Below are positions 50,942-64,000 of a DNA stretch of 64,000 nt, piece by piece. The stretch is from Orbicella franksi (lineage: Eukaryota). The stretch covers positions 37,014,001 through 37,078,000 of the forward strand of contig OZ116699.1 of assembly GCA_964199315.1 (NCBI GenBank). Direction: 5' to 3'. The notes under the pieces are model-generated. The model was not told where the DNA came from and made no database searches. It worked only from the letters and a program-made list of their open reading frames with translations. The position numbers and the translations under genes were made by a program. The stretch's first letter is position 1. Each line of letters opens with the position of its first letter.

Positions 50942-51159
50942 TGATTTTTTCAGGCGTCTTCTTTCCAATTGCTTAAATTGGAAAATTAACTGCGATGATC
51001 ACTCTTCACTTTCATCTACAACCGCAGTCCATATATGAATTATTTCATATAAACTTCACATCATTTCACTCCTCACAGGAAGATATGAACTCAATAAATT
51101 GACCTCGCTCCCAAAGTGTGGCTTCATAGCTCAGTTGGTAGAGCATCACACCGGTATCA

Positions 51160-51192
<33 letters not shown>

Positions 51193-54100
51193 TGATTTTT
51201 TCAGGTTTCTTCTCTCCAATTGCTTAAATTGGAAAATTAACTGCGATGATCACTCTTCACTTTCATACATGATTTAGTCCATTTTAATGCACCTACATTG
51301 TAATTGTGTCAATTGTTTGTACATATATCCCTGCACTAAAGGAAGAGATCAAAGGATGGAATTTGAATTTTACATCAGGATACACTTTCCATCTAGTTTT
51401 CTCCACTGTTGTTTTACATATTATGTATTTTCCACTCACAATAAGATTTGCTAATCAAGTAAATTGTTAGGGATCAAGGGATTAGAACTTTGTTTTATCC
51501 AGGTCTTAACAGCATGTGGATTTGTACAAGATGTTCATGAAAATTAGTAATTTAAAACATGTCACCTCCTCTTCTTGTTGATGACTGCATAGAAAACAGC
51601 TACAATCAAAACAGAGACTGAGACACCAACAGCAATTGCTGGCCATTTAGCACTCTTTGAGTCCGTGGGAGTTCCTGATGATGTACCTGAAAAAGTGTTA
51701 AAAAAGAATTTTACCTGCTATAACATACAGCTGTAGCCAGGCCAGTTGAAACAGAACTGTACACCGACCACTACTCACAGGAGAAAACATTTTTCTGGCA
51801 ATGCAAACTAAGCTAACTAACATTAACTAACGTGGATATGCAACATTGGATAATGACATGCGCTTATGTACATTGTACAGTGTATAAACTAGGAGTTTGA
51901 TGGTGCAGCTTTAATTTGCTAGCTACTGTATTTTTATGTAGTTCCACCACCTTTGGTTTACTCCAAATTGAAACCACTGAGCATACCTGCCACTGACCAT
52001 ACCTGGAACTCTCAAAGATTCACAAACATCACAGCCTAATGTTTGTGCAATCTCTGGACCACATCCACCATTTGAACAAAACTGCACTTTAGCAATGTGC
52101 CTAGAGTGGATGGTGAGGTTTCTGATAGTGAGTGTCTCTAATGAGCCATTGTAATTAGGCTCCAGTGGAACAGCAAAGATAGTGGTAGGAACAGGAGATG
52201 AGTGATTGAATATCCTGATTACAGAGGTTTTTGGAATGCCATTCATTATTAAGTTCTTACTTGCCTGTAAGAATAAAAAGGGAAACAGAACATTACTTTC
52301 AAGGAGATGACTTTAGGTTAGCTTTTATTGATACCAGGTTAACTTTTTTATTGAATTTTCATTGAATTTTTTAATATTTACTTTAACACATTTTGTTATT
52401 TTTAAAAACCATTGTAAATTTATGACTTTTATGATTACAACCCCACCCTCGGGAAAATGGATAGTGGCTGCTAAAAAGGGGTTGGCCACTTAACAGAGGT
52501 AAAAACAATAGAAAAGCCCCCATCAGGACTTTGATTATAACTGGCCACCTAATAAGAGTGGCCATTTAATAGGTGGCCACTTAATAGGAGTTGGACTGTA
52601 GTTTTAAAACATTTAAAGCACACTCTGATCATATCATGGAAAGTTACACTATATAAATTTTTTAATATTACAATTGTGGGGAACCCCTATAAAGCAGCAA
52701 GTTATTAGGCAGCCAGTAATCAAAGTTCTGATGAGGGCTTTTTATTTAGTTTTTACATTTATTAAAAAGCCAGCCCCCCCCCCCCCCCCCCCCTCCTTTA
52801 TTAAGAGGCCACCATCTATTTCCCCAAGGATGGCCGTTTAATAGGGGTTGAAATGCACCACTTGTATATTGGTGACATGCATGAAAACATTTTAAAACTT
52901 GAGCCTAAGGGCAAAATCAAATCTAAACTAGTAAAATCTAGTGAATATTAATTAAGCAACTAAAACTTGACTTAACAATTGAGTACCAGTACTGGTACCA
53001 GGGCAGCGGCACAAAATGGTGTACATGTAATGCATGTAGTTGTGTTCAGACACTGGGTAATCCAAGTACCCATAATTTACGCCAAGTTCAAACATTAGAG
53101 CCCAGCAAGAATCATACTTTTGCACACAATTGTGAACATAGCCTAATTATTTTCCCCCATTCAACATGTCCTTGCCATGATCCTAGCATTCATTCTAGAC
53201 TAAGTCAATAGCAATGTACCAATGCTCAGTGTCACCATACAGTAATGTCTTGCACCAAGCTATAGCTAGGGAGCTGACAGTTTTCAATGAAAGATCAAAA
53301 ACAGTCCTCTTAATGTCTTAGAATCTTTAAAGGTACAAGTACATGTAGCAAATTTATTCATCCCTTTGTAATGTAGTTCTTTGTCACTACATCGAACTTA
53401 AAGACAAATGATGTAGATCCTTACATAATTATTTACTATTTATATACATGTAGTACAATGACACCTTCCATTTCAGGATGACGGTGAAGTTTGAGTCATC
53501 ACAAAATGCCTGACATGGCTCTAGCAAGGGATGCTCACTTGGCTCTGAGAAAACACACAAACATGGTGATTGTCAAACCCTATTCATGTATCAAAGTCAA
53601 AGTTTTTATTTATTTTTCCATATTAACCTTATTCATGCATCAAACCAGACCAGTGAGTTTTAATTTTCAATGGACTTGACTTTTTTATTCATGTATCACG
53701 TCTTTGATGCAGACAATATTCAAACATACAAAATTGCCTGCTCTGGCTTAATGTGCAGCTGCCATATTAATCCCAGACAAGTGTGTTCATGTTAATTTTC
53801 TCTTTATTTTTTTCCTCTTCATTCTAATTTCAGGTTGGGTTTTAAGTTTTAGCTTGGGAGGGGTTCAATACTAAAGGCCTTGTAGGGGAATTGTGTCCTT
53901 TTGTCTAATTTGGACTACCTACCACTTAACAAAGCTGTAAATAAATAATAAACAAATATTAAATAGATTGTATGTAGATTGTCAGTCCCAAAAACATGAC
54001 AGGCTACAATCTTTTTCAATAAAAAGGAAAGACCCCAATCCTTCCCCTAGATCTGTTGAACTTACTTTCTAATCACAGATTATTGATTAATAGCTATTGG

Positions 54101-57100
54101 AATAGTAAGTACTGTACCTTCAGGCAATGTACGGGTAAAAACTGGCCCTCCTGGAATGTGATGGTCATCACCACAAGTGCATGCTGCTCTATTTACTGAA
54201 ATACGTAACAACTGAAGCCCGCCACAGATAGTCACAGAATACTTCCCCCATGGATTTAAATTGATAAAGTTGAACATCCTATTTCCAGACTTAATCTGAA
54301 AGACAAAATAATTTATTAAATAAAAATTCAAAACTCTCATAATTTATACATGTATACAGATTGTACACGTTCACAAATATGCCAGTCTTAGCTTTCAAGT
54401 ATTATTTATAACCAATAAATACTTCTAAATTGCAGCCTGGAACATGCTCATTAGTCTAATTACCTCAAAGATATTATTTGAACATTTCCCAAACTGATCC
54501 CGCAAAATTAGTTTATATTTCATCTCGGATCCCTTTGGTTTTATTCCGTCTGGGTGTTCCCACTGAACAGTAAGTTGTTTCTTTGCTGTTGCTACAAGCT
54601 GTATATTCTTTGGTGGCGGAAATACTGTGGAAAAGACCAAATAATTAATGCCTACTGTACTACATTATAAAATCTAATAAGGCACTCTGAGCCCGGAAAG
54701 AAATACCATTAAGTCCCTGTGGTGAATTTGTTTTGTTAATGTAATACAAATATGACTGGAAGTAACCATTTATTAATTGAGTATTAAATGTCCAGTCTTT
54801 GCATTTGGATTGCAGGTACATGAAAATATGAACATGTACCTCGATCTTTGCATGTTCATTAATTTTAATTACTGGTACATCAATTAAACAAATTAAATTA
54901 CAGGTAACTTCAGTACTTGTTAGTTTTGAAATGCCGATCACTTGTCAATTTCCATTGAAACTTCCTACTGATTTATTATCAGTTATTATTCAAGCCAAGT
55001 ACGTGATTTCTAAATCAAAGCTTCCATAAAATCGTGATTTTCACACGTATGTAAGAGTTCTGGAATTTTTGCGGGCTAGGAAGTTGTCTTTATTGTGGGC
55101 GCAACGTTTTTCGCAATGCCCTAGTTTTTTCACATAGCACTGGCTATAAAAGACGACGTGCAACTCCTTTTAGTCAGAGATTGTTAGTGAAGTTACACCG
55201 CTACCGTGCTACGATCAGAGGATCCAAGTTACTGCTATTTCAAGTGTATTTCGCTGTCTCTCTGCCACCTTTTCGTGCGAGTCATCAACCAAAGTATGTA
55301 AGTTCTTATTGTTGTCAGTAGTCATTTGCTAAGTCGTGAATTGTTAGTCTTTTCTTTGTCACGAAAAGATTTCATTTTGTTTAATATCTAAGTTTTGTTG
55401 AAATCGCTTTCACCAGGTCTATTATTGCTGAGGCTTATTGTCAAATACTTTATCAGTCTAATTGTCATATGATTACCAAATTGCGACTCTTTCTCTTCTT
55501 TCACACTATATTTAGCTATTTTGCAAGACAGCCATTGATGTCTTCATTTGTTACAATAAGAGTTGTTATCATCTCAGTTTTATTAGTTTCAAGTATCAAT
55601 TGTCACGTCTATTTGTTTCACACTATGATCTTGTTAGTTTATTATGATTGTTCTATTCTGTTAGATTTATTTTTATGCCTGATCTAAGTAGGATGTATTC
55701 TTAACTATGGTCTTTCAATCAGTTTGAACCTACTTGTACGACTACTACTCCTATTTGTATCTGCTACCACTACTTGTAATCTACTGGTTTTCGCTATTTC
55801 TTCAGTCGCTACCTATTGTGAACTAGACCTATGGACTTGATCTGTCATTAAATCAGTTTGAATCTACCAAGTGGAGTCTGAATCACTTATCAACTCGCAC
55901 CATGCTACCCTGTAGTTGTTTAAGATTTGAGTAAGAAGTAACCTCTAGAATCTTTACAACTACAGTACTCACAGATTTCATATTTGACACTGCGCTCCAT
56001 ACAGATATGCGCAAAGCCAAAAGATGTGTTTACCCTTAGGCACAAACACAAATCATGGTCCTTTGAAATCCTCATATGAGCACACTCCTTAGTGCTGTTA
56101 CAAATAGTACAGCTTAAAACCTTGGATGAACTTGATAACTGATTTTCCATTATATGGCAACCATCAACTGGGCTTAGATCTACTACAGCCATGGAACAAT
56201 TTGCATTGAAACACATGAATGGACATGTCAAGTTGTAAAACAAGTCATACTGGATGGTTCCTTTTATAGGTATGCTTTCCATGGATGCAGTCGCAGATGT
56301 GATATTAGGCCAACCAAAAACAGCCAGTTTAGGTTTCTTGGGAGTGGGAATTTTGCCATCTCCTGAAAATGAAATAAATCATGACATCAAATACACCAGC
56401 CAGGAATAACCTACAAGATATACACTTTTAAGGTGTTTCCAGCAATTTCTAAGACGTGGATTTTGATGGGTTATTATAACCACTCCATATTGGTTGATAC
56501 CACAATCATGGTATCACAAAACTGCCCAATCATTGGTGAACATTTTGGTGTCAATTTCATGGCACAATGGGTTACCATAGCAACAGTACTGACATGCTTA
56601 AAGCACCATGCTATTCATGTTAGCTTTAAGTTCTTATAACTTAAAAACGAGCTTGGTGACCCTCATTTATCAATTATTGAATTGTGAAAAGTATTGATAA
56701 GACGCAAAGTTCAAAAAATTCTGTAGAGAGGATTTAGAGCCAACTTCAATTGTTGGAAATGATCATAAATGTAATTTGCAGTCTTTGAAACCTCATTACC
56801 TAGCATGGAATGATCTGCAAAACAACTGAATAATAAATATACATTTAAATACAGCAAGAAATAACAGCAAGTTGTGCTAAAAATATACTTGCGGTGAAAC
56901 TGGGGGGAGGTTCGTCGAAACTCATAAGCGCATCTATCCCAACTCGCCTCCCCCCCTTCCCCCATCCCTCCCCCCACCCCCCGCCGCTCCCGCTACGCCA
57001 GTCCTTGCTTCGATTGTCTGGCATGGAATGATCTGCAAAGCAGCCAAACGGGCCTCGGGAGTCAATGCACTCTTGTTTTGCTCCTTCAAGAGCTTAGATA

Positions 57101-57483
57101 CCCTTTAGAACCGCAAACAAACAAGCTCCAGCTTATTCGCTGTTAGATGTACTCAATAATGAAACGTACGAAACCGAAAATGTAAGCTTAAGTTGAGCAG
57201 GGGGCTTATTTCCGCCATCTTTTGCAATATTGTAAGGTGATGACGAGGAACGCACGCAATACTCGTCAATCTGCTGACCTTTTGGCAGAAATTCAATATA
57301 TGAAATCGGATCATCTTCGGCATTAACAGGCGAGTCGACCTCGACGCATAGCTAAGGCGCCAAGGAAGTCATCAGTTGTTCTTTTCAAATTAGAAAGTTC
57401 CAGCGCTTACCTGAGACATGATATATTGTACATGTAGCTGGCAGCAAAACTAGCACATGAATTAGTCCATGGAATTCAAGCAT
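47971..57483 (-). CDS. Single-pass receptor-like protein: signal peptide, Cys-rich FN3-like domain, two further FN3-like domains, TM, tyrosine-motif cytoplasmic tail
   Basis: In-frame exons 57483-57411 (MLEFHGLIHVLVLLPATCTIYHVS), 56362-55943, 54624-54464 (FPPPKNIQLVATAKKQLTVQWEHP), 54295-54118 (FINLNPWGKYSVTI), 53544-53465 (PSEHP..TVILKW), 52264-52003 and 51686-51566 (TM WPAIAVGVSVSVLIVAVFYAVI-NKKR). Tail exons are less certain: 49819-49766, 48764-48658, 48022-47971. One phase-2-to-0 exon after the TM exon was not found. Confidence 0.7.
50126..51263. mobile_element. Foldback array of ~251-bp tRNA-derived units (3 direct plus 2 inverted) flanked by a direct repeat of up to 13 bp
   Basis: Unit period 251 bp. 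tRNA-like core GGCTTCA..TAGCTCAGTTGGTAGAGC..GGTTCGAATCC..TGAAGCC (for example 50869-50940 on +). CATACATGATTTA at 50113-50125 and 51264-51276. Confidence 0.85.
52490..52850. repeat. MITE fragments (Tc1/mariner-type TACAGT.. end)
   Basis: Reiterated ggccacttaata / ggccacctaata motifs ending in ggagttggactgta at about 52600. Confidence 0.45.
55145..55293 (+). promoter_or_regulatory. TATA box plus Inr plus 5' donor, antisense within receptor intron (possible solo LTR or antisense transcript)
   Basis: TATAAAAG at 55145, TTAGTC at 55170, donor AAA|GTATGT at 55294. Confidence 0.35.
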
Positions 57484-58106
57484 GCTTTTGGGGCACAGAC
57501 CAAAACTCGCCAAAGAATTTGCTAAAAAACATATGGCTCTTCCACAGCTCGCTTTCTTCGAAGACCGGATGTTAAAGTTTTCCGAGAATTTTCTTGCATC
57601 TGATTGGTTGTTGAACTGAACAAACATGGCGGGTGTGTGAGCTCGAAGCCTGTGGCTTTTGGGAGCAAATTATGCTAATGAACATGCTGGCAAGCGCTCT
57701 TTTATTCTTATTTATTGGACCGTTTAAACATGTAAGCAGTGGAGAAACAAAAGAGGCAGGTGGGAAAGCATTGTTTGTTACAAGTTAGTGTTGTTTGTCT
57801 GGGCGTCTGCTTGCAAAGGAATGTTCAATGTGTTGCGCGCGTGAGCTTCTTACGCACAGAAGCGGAAGTAATCTTTCCTTGTGCAAAATGGATGTTTCAT
57901 TCTTCTTCACTGTGACATAGTTCTTTCTGATTGTCAATTGCTGAAGTCTGCAAACTTGGAACGTGAATTAGATTATTTCGCAAATTCAATCTGGTTGGAT
58001 ACGACGGTTAATTAATGTTGGTCTAGCTAAGTAGTTGCGTGTCAATGAGTTGTCTTTTGGCACATGCCGTTTTACCTGCAGAGCTTTAGACTGCTCGTAC
58101 AGGGTG
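57484..58106. promoter_or_regulatory. Putative bidirectional promoter between the FN3 receptor and the Ig-domain gene
   Basis: Divergent gene orientation; CCAAT box (gattgg about 57602), ETS-like GCGGAAGT (57862), donor GTG|GTAAGT at 58107 on +. Confidence 0.4.
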
Positions 58107-59544
58107 GTAAGTTGGACAGATAAATAGAGGATAAGACAAATGTGTGAGTTGGCACAAAGATTAGAATTGGATGGACGTCCATAAATAAAACTAAAAGGTC
58201 ACGTTGTGATCAGTTGAACAAGACTTGAGAAACTCATGACTTCCAATTGACAGCATGTGTACATGTAAGTTTATGCAGTGAAACCAGTATCGTACTTGTG
58301 TTAAGCCTTGTAAAGAGAGTTGCAAGTAGAACTTGGCAGTAACTCTATTTGAGCGTTTGGTCACTGAACTGGCTAAATCGCACAAAATGGAATTCAATCA
58401 TCTGTAAATTGAATTTGATTTAATGTGTTGGACAAAATCGACCGAAATCGAACTAAATGCTAATTAAATTTTTTCTGGACTCTTGATTGGTCAAAGAAAC
58501 GTTTTGCGACATTTCAGAACAGATACATCCTGTGGCTGACTCTTATAAATTTGGCTCAATTTTTGCTGTTCTCTTTTGTCCATTGCCCTTGGCTCTCATA
58601 TTTACGCACTATTTATATTTTCTCACTAAGTATGCCTCAATCAGCACATGTACTTTTGTTATAGTGTTGTTTTAAATTAAGACCTCTTCATATTTATTGA
58701 TGTCACGCTATTCTGATTTTTTCAAAGGAAAAAATAAACCTCACCACTTGATTTATTATCAGTGGGGAATTCAGTAAAATAATAAAATTATGCGGAGTTT
58801 CATGATAATCGATACATTGCAAATGGATGGAAATATGGGACCCCAAACTTGCCAATTTTTAACAAAGACATGATTGTATGCCAAGGGGTAAGCACTAGCC
58901 CCATGAGATACATTTCTTTATTATAATTATAATGTAAAATTAGGCAAGTTTGGAGTCCCATGTTACCCTGCATATATCAGCTGAAAGAAAAAAATCTAAT
59001 TTATTCCTAAGAAAAAGACAAGAAATAATATTGTTGATATTGCATGATTGTTGCCATTAGTGGTACGTCAAGTCAGTTTATTGTTTTCAAGTTGTGCAAA
59101 AAAGTTCTTGCATTGTGTTAATGTTATATTAGTGTATGAGGCAGTCTCACCTGTCAACGCTGTTCTTTACTAATTAAATCCATTATCAATCCTTATTCCC
59201 CCGTGCACAATTATTATTATTTGTTTCTCATTGGTACAGTGTATTTCCCAAGCAAGTACACTTGCAAGAAAATTTGCAAGGTCATTAACTTTGCAAGCTA
59301 GCTTCCACTCAAGTTGCATTCAAGTAAAACAATTGAATAAATTAAGTCATGTCAATCAGAGCTGATAACTTTAGGTACATGATTTATGGTATTCATATGA
59401 TTCTATTATGTGTGCATGCACTAGCTGATATACAGTCTTTATATTTTTTTTTGTGCTTCACTAATTGCCTTTTTTTAGATTACTGGTTGGTTACATTACT
59501 GTTAACTTTCTGCAGTAAACATAATTATTTGCGTTTTGTTTCAG

Positions 59545-59823
59545 GTGTATCCACCTCACCAGTGAAGGAAGTGTACATTGCTGTCAATGATACACTTGAA
59601 CTAAACTGTTCTATCAATGCAACAATTCATAATATTCACCCAACACAGCTGGGATGGAAACATCATGGACTGATACTTATTAACTTCACATGTATACTCA
59701 ATAACAACACAATTCAACTGAGGAAAAACCACACTCAGTATGACGATGCAGGAGTTTATGAATGTGGATTGTTCAATTCTGCAAAGTTTCAGTCTGTACA
59801 GAAAATTGTGGTCGTGGTTGGAG
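59545..59823 (+). CDS. Ig-like domain exon of a cell-surface protein (remaining exons unresolved or outside the window)
   Basis: Acceptor ttttgtttcag at 59544 and donor G|GTATGT at 59824 (phase 1-1). VYIAVNDTLELNCSIN..LGWKHHG..IQLRK..DDAGVYECG..VVVVG has the Ig C-W-DxGxYxC pattern. Confidence 0.8.
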
Positions 59824-61904
59824 GTATGTTGTTGTGATTTAATCTACTAAGTTCGTTACATTAAATAAATTTGTAAGAAGAGGCCTTTTGTAAATTAAAG
59901 CCCTGTGTTGCATTCACCTTCAGTGCTGTTGTAATATCTCATCATTATGTGAGTGCTTATGATGATAGCGGTGCATCTGGTATATTGATTAAGACTTACA
60001 TCAACATCACTGCGCATTTGAAGATTGCCGAGAACACTGGAAATAAAATCCTGCAGAGAATACACACATGTACTTTAGAATTCTGAAAGAAACAGCCTCC
60101 ATTAGTGTCAGATTTAGCAGGCAAAAGGGGTCGCTACTTTCAACTTTTGGGCGGCCTTTACTTTCAGATGGTTAAAAATCGTTTGTGTTTTTTAGACAAA
60201 GCAGACGATTATCATGAAATTAAAAGTTTTGTTTATGTATGGTACTAATTGTATATTAACTCAGTACCCACATAAACAAATAAGATTGTATAACAAAAAG
60301 GCCCTTAATGTTGGTACTGTAGGGCGAAAGTATAATTGTTGTATTATATCGCAATGTTACTAAATGACACTGTATCATTTGACCCTGCTGCCAGACAAGT
60401 ACAGCTTATAAATATTAGTATAAATTATTATTAAATGTTAGTTTCAAGGTAAATTCAGTTAAGTTCGATATAAAACCACAAATTAATAGCTCTTTAATTT
60501 GCTCAGTCCTGCAGTCAGGCTGATCCATGTGTGTGATGTACACTTGAGTTTCAAAGGGCTGCAACTTTCGGGTGGGCTGTTACTTTCGGACTTCAATAGG
60601 AAGGTGAAAAATTAATGTTATTTTCAGGTGCCATCATTTTTTTTTTGGGTGGGGGGGGGGGGGGTGTTACTTTTGAATTCTACAGTAATTTACTTCCTTG
60701 TTGCAGAAAAAGAAATTTGGGTCAGACTTTTGTTGCTCGATCAACATCAATAATAACATGTCAGTTAAAGTGTAACATGAAACTTATCAAGAAGACATGA
60801 TTGATCATCACATTTATGGCACTGTCTTAAGCAGCTGTGAAATATTTCAGCCTGAAAAAATTTCAGGCTTAAATTTCACACCTTACTGCTTAAGTTGTTG
60901 TCAGTGGTATGTAAGAACAGCAGTTGTACATGTAAAAGTACACATCTGAGAATATAGTACTAGGGCTGGAAGAGTCAGTGTTGTAATGTGTGCAATTACT
61001 GTATGTACAAAGGCTGCCCAAGATCACAACATCTTTTTTTTTTTACTTTTAAATATGCAAACGTTCAGCGATTCGTGACATATATGGCATATACTATTAC
61101 ATAACAACTGAATTTGGATCAAAGACGAGATGTTGAAGTTCCACTTCAGTTCACTTGCTATCCAATTCCGTCCACAAGGGCTTTACTAATGACAACACAT
61201 TTCCATGTATTTCGAGACTGCTCCACTCGCAAATTCAAAAATACATTTAACCTTGTCAAAAATGAGTAACTAATAATTAGCTCAACGGGGGTGGTCAGCA
61301 ATGATTTGTCAACAGCTTTACCAAAATGCTCCCCAAGTCCCCTCGTACTTTATTTGTCAAACCCACCAAGAGGCACGTTTTTGTTTCCATCGACCTATCA
61401 AATTAAGTCGAGCCGTGTTTACAAAATTTAAAAAAAACAGCTGAGGAAATGTAGTTAGTTTCTATACCAAAAAGTGATCTATGCCAGAGCAATGACTTCA
61501 TCGTGGACATGGTAGGTTTTAAAGTATACTCAATGCTTAATGTGAAAATTTATCCCCAAAGCTGACACTTATCTCCATGTGAAATGAAACGTTAGCTGGG
61601 CCTAAGCTTACATCGGTCATAATTACTTTGTAGCTTGTTTTATTTATTCTTACACCATTGCATTCCCTGTGATACAAACCTAATTATAAATTCAAATTGT
61701 TGTAACACAACACCTCCATATGCTGCAAGGTGAGAGTCACGTTTTTGCGTAGTCAAATTTGGTTGTTTTGTAATAGTATAAGCGGTATATGTCACATAAA
61801 ATTAAATATAAAGATAACTCCCTGCATTGCGAGTTTGGGCAGCCTGTGGTGTGTACTGTTGTCTTTCGCCTTCGTGGCTGCCTTTTGTGGAAACAATCAT
61901 ATCA

Positions 61905-64000
61905 GTATTACATCGATGGAAAGGGAATCACAAATCCTTCTCAGAAAAAGGCTCAGTTACTTCATTTAGAGGGCATGGAAGATATTTACGAAGATCTTCC
62001 AGTTACTGGACCAACTGAATGCTGACGAGGATAATGAGTATGTGGTGTGTCTTCAAAAGCTAGATGCTCATTTTTGAGGCGAGGAAAATGTACTGTACGA
62101 GTGGTATGTCTTTTGTCGACTTGCACCAACATGAGGAGACCTTTGACAAGTTCATGGTTCGTTTACAGAAACAAGCTCGTCATTGTAATTTTGGTGCAAC
62201 TTTGGAGGAAAATTTGCTGACCAATTGATTGAAAAGTTGCCTATTGTTGAGCTAAAGAAGAAGCTATAATATTACTCTGGAAGGTGCAATGGATAAAGTT
62301 CAAAAGTGGGAAGCCTTGCGTGAGCAGGCAAGTCAAATGGTCAGGCCAAGCCAAGAACCTGGAGTAGGCACTAAATACAGTTGAAGAGAGTCCTGGATGT
62401 GGAATCAAAGGAAAAATTGTTTGTTTCAACTGTGGTAAAGAAGGTCACTTTGCTCAAAGTAAAAGTTGTCCAGCCTGAGGTCAAAAGTGCAGCAAGTGTG
62501 GTAAATATGACCATTATGCTAGCTGTTGCAAAGGGTGAAGGAACCCAAAGTCTAGAAAACAAGGCACCACCCAACAATGGGGAGGCAGACAGCAGCGTTG
62601 TGGTAATGGGAGACAGGCCAATCAAGTTGAGGATCATTGTAACATTCTTTGCTTTTACTATTAATGGAGGAACAGACTTGTGCTCTGTCAAATTCCGCAG
62701 AGCCAGTGATCTTGGTGAACATTGGTGGATTCTGCAGAGATGTGTTAATTGATTCAGGTTCTGCAAGTAACCTTATTAGTAAAGATACACTGCAGCAACT
62801 GAAGTATCAGGGGCTAAAGATTGAATTCAAACCTTGCACCAAGAGATTCTATGCTTATGGGGGTCACGAGCTTGGAGCTGAAGGACAGTTTCAGTCACAA
62901 GGTTCCATATCAAAAACAAAAGTTGTGGCAAATTTCACTGTTGTTGTCCGGTTGCTGTTTGCTGGGATATTTGACTGCCACAGATCATGGAATCCTTCGT
63001 TTGGATCCCATGGGAACTCTCGGGACAGCTGACTGTAACACTGTTGATGATACCTTTGTGAGAGATCTCAAAATACCCCAGTGTGTTCCAGGGAACTGGA
63101 AACTTCAAGCTACACATTGATCCTAGTGTAACTCCAGTCATTCAAAATATGCGTTGAGTACCTTTTTCTCTAAAGGACAAAGTAACTGCCAAGGTTGATG
63201 AACTCCTTGAAAAGGACATAATTGAGAAAGTTGAGGGACCTATAGTGTGGGTAAGCCCAGTTGTTGTTGCTCCAAAACCATTGGGGGACATAAGGTTATG
63301 TGTTGATATGCAAAGAGCTACATGAAATGAGGACATTATTCAGGAAAGATTGCCTATACGAACCATAGATGAAGTCCTTGAAAGCCTTAATGGGAGTGGT
63401 GTTTTCTTGAAGTTATATTTAAGGTGAGGTTTTCACCAAATTGAGTTGTATCCTGAGTGAAGGGATGTCACTGCTTTTGCCACCTGTGATGGTATATTCC
63501 GCTGCAAGCATTTGAGTTTTGGTGTTAATGCCGCACCAGAGAAGTACCAGCTTACCATCATCCAGTCAATGGCAAGTCTACAAGGAGTGGCAAACATGGC
63601 AGATGATCTTATTGTTCATGGTCGAGACACTGAGGAACATGATAAGACTGTACACAGTGTGTTGCAATGTCTTAGTGAGAAGCAGCTGACTTTGAATGCT
63701 GAGAAGTGCATCTTGCGAATGACTAAAGTGGTATTCATGGGTCTTTTGCTTAGCAAGCATGGAGTCGGCCCTACTGAGGAAAAAGTCAGAGCTGCTGTAG
63801 AAGCGAGTCAGCCTCAGACACATTCAGAGGTTCGTAGCTTCTCAAGTCTCGTTTGATTTAGTGCCACCAGGGTTTATACCTGATTTTGCTACCACTGCTG
63901 ATCCCCTCAGAAAACTTGTAAGAAAAGGAGAATCGTTCGTGTGGGGCAAGGAGCAGGAGCAGTCATTTCTGAGATTGAAGAGTCAAGTTGCAAGTGCACC
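61905..64000 (+). mobile_element. Degenerate Ty3/Gypsy LTR retrotransposon (gag, protease, RT; continues past the window)
   Basis: gag-like IDGKGITNPSQKKAQLLHL; zinc knuckle CFNCGKEGHFAQSKSC; protease VLIDSGSASNLIS; RT motifs IRLCVD, FGVNAAPEKYQ and MADDLIVHG; many stops and frameshifts. Possible short LTR TG...CA at about 61701-61897. Confidence 0.9.

Overview
AT-rich eukaryotic genomic DNA with spliceosomal introns. The gene and repeat content suggests a cnidarian, probably a scleractinian coral (inference). From left to right: (1) two tandem, two-exon, single-copy RWamide neuropeptide precursor genes on + (predicted pQQDALRW-amide and pQLPGIRW-amide), the first with a Penelope-like retroelement remnant and a hammerhead-ribozyme motif in its intron; (2) a complete 6-exon DEG/ENaC channel gene on - (523 aa by my exon join), tail-to-tail with those precursors, with its stop codon supplied by a MITE terminus; (3) a ~16.6-kb tandem duplication (11568-28198 and 28203-44823) holding two complete ZP-domain genes, two frameshifted VWA7-like fragments and a second copy of only DEG/ENaC exons 1-3; (4) a minus-strand single-pass FN3 receptor with a tyrosine-motif tail, head-to-head with an Ig-domain gene, with a TSD-flanked foldback array of tRNA-derived units in one intron; (5) a degenerate Ty3/Gypsy element running off the right end. 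The leading hypotheses are a linked RWamide ligand / DEG-ENaC channel module, and new channel isoforms or an ENaC-ZP chimera made possible by the duplication junction. All exon joins were done by eye from GT/AG sites and reading phase; no database searches were run.
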